This document shows positions 63,901 to 64,000 of a stretch of DNA of 64,000 bases, piece after piece (the stretch's first letter is position 1; every line of letters begins with the position of its first letter). Origin of the DNA: a virus. A program made the position numbers and the translations under genes. Location of the stretch: positions 1 to 64,000 of the IMG/VR virus record IMGVR_UViG_3300025853_000044, one strand, 5' to 3'. The notes under the pieces are model-generated. The model worked only from the letters and a program-made list of their open reading frames with translations. It did not search any database and was not told the DNA's origin.

Positions 63901-63934
63901 AGAAGGCGTGACTACTGCGACCGATTGCAACCAT
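45935..63934 (-). CDS. Giant 5999-aa putative tail/adhesion protein with N-terminal and near-C-terminal LamG-like domains
   Basis: Uninterrupted 18-kb ORF with GAGGTGA SD; FDGVSD..IEAWV..YHVVA..GGEFRGAIE; LWLKAD..W.DSG..GKIAEIIQYNRAM..ERQQVEGYLAEKYG. Confidence 0.85.
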   Translation of the reverse strand: MVAIGRSSHAFFFDGVSDSVIIPQGRFTKTGVKDSSGTKVMTKTLQGVGDSATINDKAAGDFVIEAWVVPDCGGVIAHREGQFTLEMGTVDTPGPAVFSVNVESIAGPSYFRLATAYDASTRWDGIVYPQQEHGGIHDSYNRYDKSNYGDATNLNFNNRPLYHVVAGIQKNRVFLAVNGEIVSQQDIPPETRLARSTEHVYLGGKGGEFRGAIEAIHFSNEFDENMLQPSMAIKGNTTSALFRFEEPIDIVEGTYEFSAFTAASDGTTKTLTMTAADAQTLIARLTGKAYDATSPTTTFTSTPYSMGNYKVVDYYTNSGTAATLSVAHTPYNLLINPGAINRNTQKPNQSPPERVRLESINGNTGVVTFNSIHVDFINGTSGLRGALHSRTANVDNYFVVIGADLLIDNGTGKPYQPPHYGTQIFDKTGQMVLDEGNASNHGLVYSSQMATDTTNNPYAVTWPATLDTLFQVGHSGRHTFSHIIGHEYMRRYPKPSELIIDQQADGSADIVQMAYDSNTRDIDEMFPMNSLLDFYSETLEAPIARIENSSSVATIVNNGMPASKKELIAIGGSGFKYAPFMLKGPVPEAGDIDENNRLFHLTPESESRVALLHVPALRTSHDLAPYVEVHYNAIDLTGASMGQSTPMLMVTKTVPAGSHILTGTTRVLDVITSDLANTTLYSPGGVIYLSNAISGYGSLMQESHTLIGDNTGGQDSDTELDLSRTPALYTPPNDVNAEPAGPPKAVARSHNGGTHESVYHRLAIEAMSSSQSDTITDEGAGKRTRQPTTDKSGTGVFDLGPTTHSSRVFEMFNIIDNVLITDEAGIMAKIFVQPSVKSRVNQLSLVRSLGAGDSPNIASIMFLMSRCRVRGVSKQESPETNMTTVVITASGIADSFVNENVSAVGSGSPDSHVVKEIEPNAPVVTVTLGGPGQGGVNTKPTFDPSPLMRLPGSTRRSCATQARIVTTTGAFSMSVTPLNNDSPDLKSWGTICFPQVGRIFLEDGASAAYTEKTGAGFYFSESNAVASRTFLDGAGTAYATFHEWCNATGIISQGSAGTYLTSVYIFNDGDFDNDSLTQDGSTVNDRLFQSLDDVTHDYQLGTQYASTRAMVEIPIFPQQFFDHTDLGIFPGPDNSMKVHVDATYTAHTWNPTPVGRRANDVATADKSAKSAYSYTINNQNYIESATILRIEDATASHKHTSTGTGTGGTTYTNHFHIFVSHPNMFPDATNSSDATPTIVAADDVGNLKGINRLRRVFLTSGEWAVYDNNPALDGFLSIPINATGGYFDGYSETFFQNAIVGAKIHTGGGFRNETLMPIDSDAELPSSDLEGRSPFYYDAANMKTQGGNLDYGLRQYVSAVEFKAGPLANPHAPRTISKRAKSTIMQVQEISGNATDGFQFNIILDDASLFPDVPYSRDSNNNSIAEQGDLTYIAEIGTDTPLEVYYLGKLDSIAGANSVLVTTPKNVSLTVGDFVGAEFKLVKAGNAFQSIVNPANMQNQELQTATFHPSTSAEQWTFVGATSAGASTTLNITNGNNRFAHANTIGTNIRTGDLLFLEDSSNVIKYVGEVADVKSNLTSGAHTVVTLVAANAVAVANGDDVRIGVGTVVQNDADAILNRSWVYPFAQGGLRDGDTVWMNMTINNPHAVEGLFAKSRGVMNEAFVWSGFNGGEGALANRPRDSIPLENFLIGNSCLETAQNFAQHVNKTVEMNYEAMGLDATQAPTVAYIDPYLSTDGNARVLLFDVGHDREFIAFHDLHMQVQSSADTPTIGFTRNIAYEGGTIKLDKHLISVNGGAPHYFTTQIDVANGFPSENKYVRSTQQSKFIESAYAHNVPNTASQDLVDGTPGSDTKYTLQDPSSLGNNPLLRGKGHGHFVHTGLYHEETGNTHTVGDSVLPRVQPAVASVYYANEIHKLIRKAKEGDLLLRELKLHRATQNPATHSLKDASTLFDTPDGTRVISAFLCLKGKRNTTLELASHEESRLQHLKHWTQMDFVRRMTLDLGEVGVKEGVTDIEAAAREMVRLINQGGALNGRTHARRPSQQYPGESERLDLTRIGVRQDTADPNKDPTSAHINADFAATGSTYDPAPFWYGDIAFDSHDRGSHMGYVRAHMGRVVEDINGNEGYSIVIHSTIPGASGRNFCVWLDNSKGQSSYQPQFLIGHGGRFRNFWAQPDEILSENMHPAPMPLNKDGRPFAPVSTLREFVAQEEPDEAFTSNHDITPRRNETANPKGRNISAHLGGIAHNSVNDESFETQSPSTALVKGLRMGKQATGRINFGGLVASGVPGFSPIAGKHGLGRKGDDEFDKLYNEGLPKAGTSPTAITSYSGHVNTAEITDDAVGDTPLYGFRFNDHRGQGYGVRFIYRKMDEAFANDLTTIPSTLDDEICVYFNDGDVAKGGFTIGQHMLGFGDATGRLDVTTVTMNSWRGNQWRGVYAPSAGIDCAISWDASATTLTVQLGAPFDSGQELGNHPDILGYLGFPRQNGVIQITDPMTGTTDKGTVGNVISYESRTQLNSAGDSGVHTFYGVRGSEFTASHSLTGLTATSLTNTAVSMFNASTDRIIKALISPRINWTTLMTDELMAAVTAEAINMADPNTPEGIPFDCRHMYAVDGRTFGEWGVAADAIRIRAHNPQRGARPLSTMFEASLHRDLGIEAPHLEFGEYEKLDQSSNSQWTVTAPAAFNKPVSDADIEDNHRKVDCGYLPHTVLQIRTKARGYHTNTPTPILVDSYNDPVPTKTWANNLKGLTYTSRSGDHILPALDNALVTTDFTHSDDVFTTNSGETTTHILVPAGEEAATFDSLTKLVSFGDAKVIWSGSNRFATVTSVQGANSATKLKVVAINYNEEWNTLYGASADRADVLLMLHADKDFSGYRLYGSIESEPVTYFKNGRDSNDHSVPLYFGGGFSGVVLDVNDGSQNDYSSFYTHPYSNGPTGTAGIQNANEISTAYALMDCNALLAFFPGTPYLNQHRGSINPPAYNQNNVLSADIDSGTLPNLASGQPSHVTARYTAGIVRQRPIPLIMRMPHQTARYTDHKTATPYFTTYLIYGPGQAFPFNETASNLGVVEPHPGYVVTTGNSWSKVPHSKNLPNEITNNDNDYGPPDANYQSRRNRFHWQTTLNWSPAQGTPNIGDTGASGYGLKQRPEHGYHYGEHFMNPVSGRVVANNEADYKKAHPYQHCAMAYYGIAMSADMTFHMDGGYHPGGSWMDNQMAFNPPMEKDDLQISKLFANAVQPTAYRVSGVIAKSVLAGSLGETATDFDREIIVVDGTRCQNGEELATIIGQAINENPGKGALKAMGGTFMPSMSNAQRQDRYGWIEMDYGDPSNSYQNATTGGSSQSYIEGSIAGSTRDVLEQIPACGWIRTDTGGRSHPSTAPNNSCPAFAPYHSREIYEKAGVLTVRFWLAPNKITGKAQFEDMTTWHNRCESAGITVPDFDLTAVPPNLPTKLYVWSKSGVHYHNNAYDTPRDHMTRSHFSGLVDAIDRTRPVGAMGWSGERYSYLNSLKVTTSSFTDATCDYNNATTITMDSTALLKKNMLVSGTGIPAGAFVVSITNATTFELSASTTGGAVTNGTLTFTTNLYGAGLGAWHAKLGFSPYGPASSVMSTYSHLPHYAPMRNSPEASGPISGTDNDETMLTTPYSWTYASTNTNPAYNTDKTDAEHSDYFANPVHIGDADAVPRALHHPQGVFGRAFLVISYEGELGLVAKRDRDGVTAMGDWLAVVNKTAGGVAAATAITFAGTAQWDERIHSVDRFVAPAHGGPNIEALVTNLSLPADDIPADPFLFNAPLAADIELFNAEPCYAKTGDLFFDLDESPGSFFLEDATSVERNLITDLKTSTSAELDRYGDDANYWLGDTNAFKMNQRSPAKNFSVEHVVWKRMDGGNLSLPAVNARGLGAVPFVTRVLSNTPHTMGEKLYGINRFSFETTNSAMFPIIQAQELAHPQIAAAHPDELRNVLAIPNEELQFEEMQVEDDTGQIHIIEGGSPFGTIIRTFNAVSDRSAEGFAPATAGSGVEPNLKVRLPHPDSIPGNLLIRAGFDRLQAYQNESMGTGGMMRPMSSSSIKHLFTDDTKGPRLGGTFSDHNWEHISQGSFPDPTYAGWETATGNAPLETSYELHDRTLFFHITKNGNTHSHRHPTFYTHAGGVVNAELTAVSFSGTTLTVNTAPNASLFNESIRDGRKFLRLYDPTTDKGGVASFTGISSSTFTGCVGDADFAELVKSSITTLKVVPSYYIPAGSTRFFASRRLRDHAEVSGNSPDIVHSTYITGLTLNALLCHTVYSRPKMTPMALPRMGHHFVNPTMAMLPGHFAHPAYQGLYNKHRAIRSATVKPHETLLMEEQTMSNLKTDISTTLTNNLHGYDTLHTFGALTATPSGPSDIHGGAFTLMFESKIRSDGYGVLASEGQAGVINAAGGHTIVLEAAATYTLRHHFPDPSEVGAYQIVIQPNIHKSQLMGYHANGGATALPDGSVNELTSQQVALVIGLREPDSATGAVGLVLAEATMADVRGCEVFVNELILDHDPDHGSQFTNIPPLMLYNALGVQATESPAFVKRSLPYQPQMFDNATPGMTTNIPWWSIVHKDGPDHADATGFRHLNHHRLDNYYEFLRASTGSIACQITLAGYPSIYPDIYHEVLENISLNPVCTVVSVDSTTQITVDDARGFPQKPYYGNKLEYTDVNGVRRTHTYTERSGYDSSNMNKPKQFTITAKSSFTSNLTAGTKLRLTRAYDFRPAGAIFTDSKTSMVTRILPQMLQGSRDTNSLHVADAFLCLWHPNLGRPHTFYSDSSRTWLNPLTDRAVAQKPLNSMPEHFETVHYHDAAYYASLGPFAFDRKTPAPPYEIIAHASVGTNVPSTVVSVDIPNKLITTTRRTAKLVGGTKIMIDGIAYTVQDDGGSVFDNHVLGVMPVIEPIVATIPIGSTIMAHAIGSMLTADVLDTTFGSPIIAGNFDPQGGQADASDAATKTNLNHYWPCGSRGGPLISRLDGYGYVSTSWDFPREYTFDGPVWADQDDDGSYVVTNGVVKSTYDAFTDATCDYNNDPTITMDSTAKLVVGMGVSGTGIPGSATVSSITNATTFELSASTTGGSVTNGTLTFTPVQTRTRPFGYRIGLRQPYNKPQWSLYGMRAFREAAVTGTNTSVGYPHGPLVQGETETWTYAGGSGLSNGTYPNTQLGIMERQTNFSGMLGVDKPEWQVRYSDGMRMARAFGCPVRTLRNASGVLRDWWGDGEGKGIYKLDEAVAYYLVDWWGNTRGEEVRRHPVRGFGIRPAWDAGDVYEYDRTGNKTPFDRIYNGGFPIMNTKALIDASGNISVTTGFTIPRFAGRLNNVNSNDATELVDVYFPTNAHRVGDDGHGRGLRYPTAFNEDVLTALDEPYHASGVVLSHHTAEPNMNDGYIRARNDVLQADEVPRGISARLDIAEDGLLKPEAVVSDRVETVSGDSPHKDAVSRSAPRIGLDTENVEGVDDNLIAINTEAHSLHSDRGVGQRVIVHGGMQAGSQTIGHYDLTALDFSGQPQGGAMRLSHTSNFNPLGGTYIAEARNFVSPIDDTEWGGIPTSGMALWLKADSLDLADGAAVTSWKDSGPHGFEFTQSTASKQPVYIASSSNVNNMPVVDCDGTDIMSTPFDARLNTTDVTLFVVAWSDDDDGNAQGVLETFANSPVTRAGHSLFIRWDSSDKWQWRGGADTTYTVVNSPSNAVVVNQAELVTGTIAGGDGAGSNANFELFLQGVSVGSSTGAWYVADEDPYGIGHVGSFELKGKIAEIIQYNRAMSTTERQQVEGYLAEKYGFTNNVSQWKSSNPYQTDTNGHQRTNLTDKRISYMLRPVRLLDKQHAEMFRSNLNLHSSSPQYGSNYFGATAGGKYGLYVYETTNGQASAGSYIRSTNPDTNPPYAPAYYMDISTSDTVPMSQGPKIIGTAATGFDSSLLDNEITRVVMSENTLQHYRADAARRRTHQEGESKEERMDYTVQPRFSQSLHPKGHKGDVSYNSNDHSGDAS
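48638..48838 (-). repeat. 67-aa internal module, copy 2 (FTDATCDYNN...TNGTLTFT)
   Basis: Paralogue of 53195-53395. Confidence 0.9.
53195..53395 (-). repeat. 67-aa internal module, copy 1
   Basis: Paralogue of 48638-48838; same 201-nt length. Confidence 0.9.
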
Positions 63935-63943
63935 CCATTCACC

Positions 63944-64000
63944 TCAAAATATCCAATCAATCGGTGCAAAGTTGATGGTGTAAGAATAAATCGGCTCACC
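63944..64000 (-). CDS. 3' end of an upstream structural gene (...GEPIYSYTINFAPIDWIF*)
   Basis: Hand-translated; its stop overlaps the SD of the giant gene. Confidence 0.55.
   Translation of the reverse strand, partial: GEPIYSYTINFAPIDWIF

Noticed and set aside
45935-63934. Tape measure protein
   Set aside because: The composition is beta/loop-like with much Pro/Gly/His and lacks helical Ala-rich periodicity.

Overview
This window looks like part of a tailed dsDNA archaeal virus genome. The gene content (family B polymerase, clamp loader, clamp-like protein, fused PriS/PriL primase, XPF nuclease, group II chaperonin, archaeal TATA promoters and GGTGA/GGAGG Shine-Dalgarno sites) best fits a 'magrovirus'-type virus of Marine Group II Euryarchaeota; that assignment is inferred from gene content, not from a database search. 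Layout: two leftward, probably late genes (1-1382); a repeat-rich, mostly non-coding control region with one GC-rich gene (1430-3540), candidate terminus/origin; a rightward early region of about 60 mostly small, translationally coupled genes (3576-26687), including a PEP-utiliser-like dikinase, two CX5R phosphatases, an atypical kinase, a SMARCAL1-like helicase, DUF932, a UV glycosylase and a methyltransferase; a replication/repair module (26692-42656); and a convergent leftward structural module with a 5999-aa protein. Nine copies of a 21-bp promoter motif punctuate the rightward half. The most unusual observations are: (i) a tandem array of small paralogues built from near-identical DNA blocks alternating with unrelated variable segments (12811-14368); (ii) a shared 'F-[DE]-x-A-[WF]-x-x-L-[KR]' peptide on unrelated proteins, a candidate virion-loading or processing signal; (iii) a dikinase/kinase/phosphatase set; (iv) an iteron-like inverted repeat cluster; (v) apparent strong avoidance of GATC, AGCT, TCGA and CTAG. 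No tRNA, rRNA or CRISPR array was seen.
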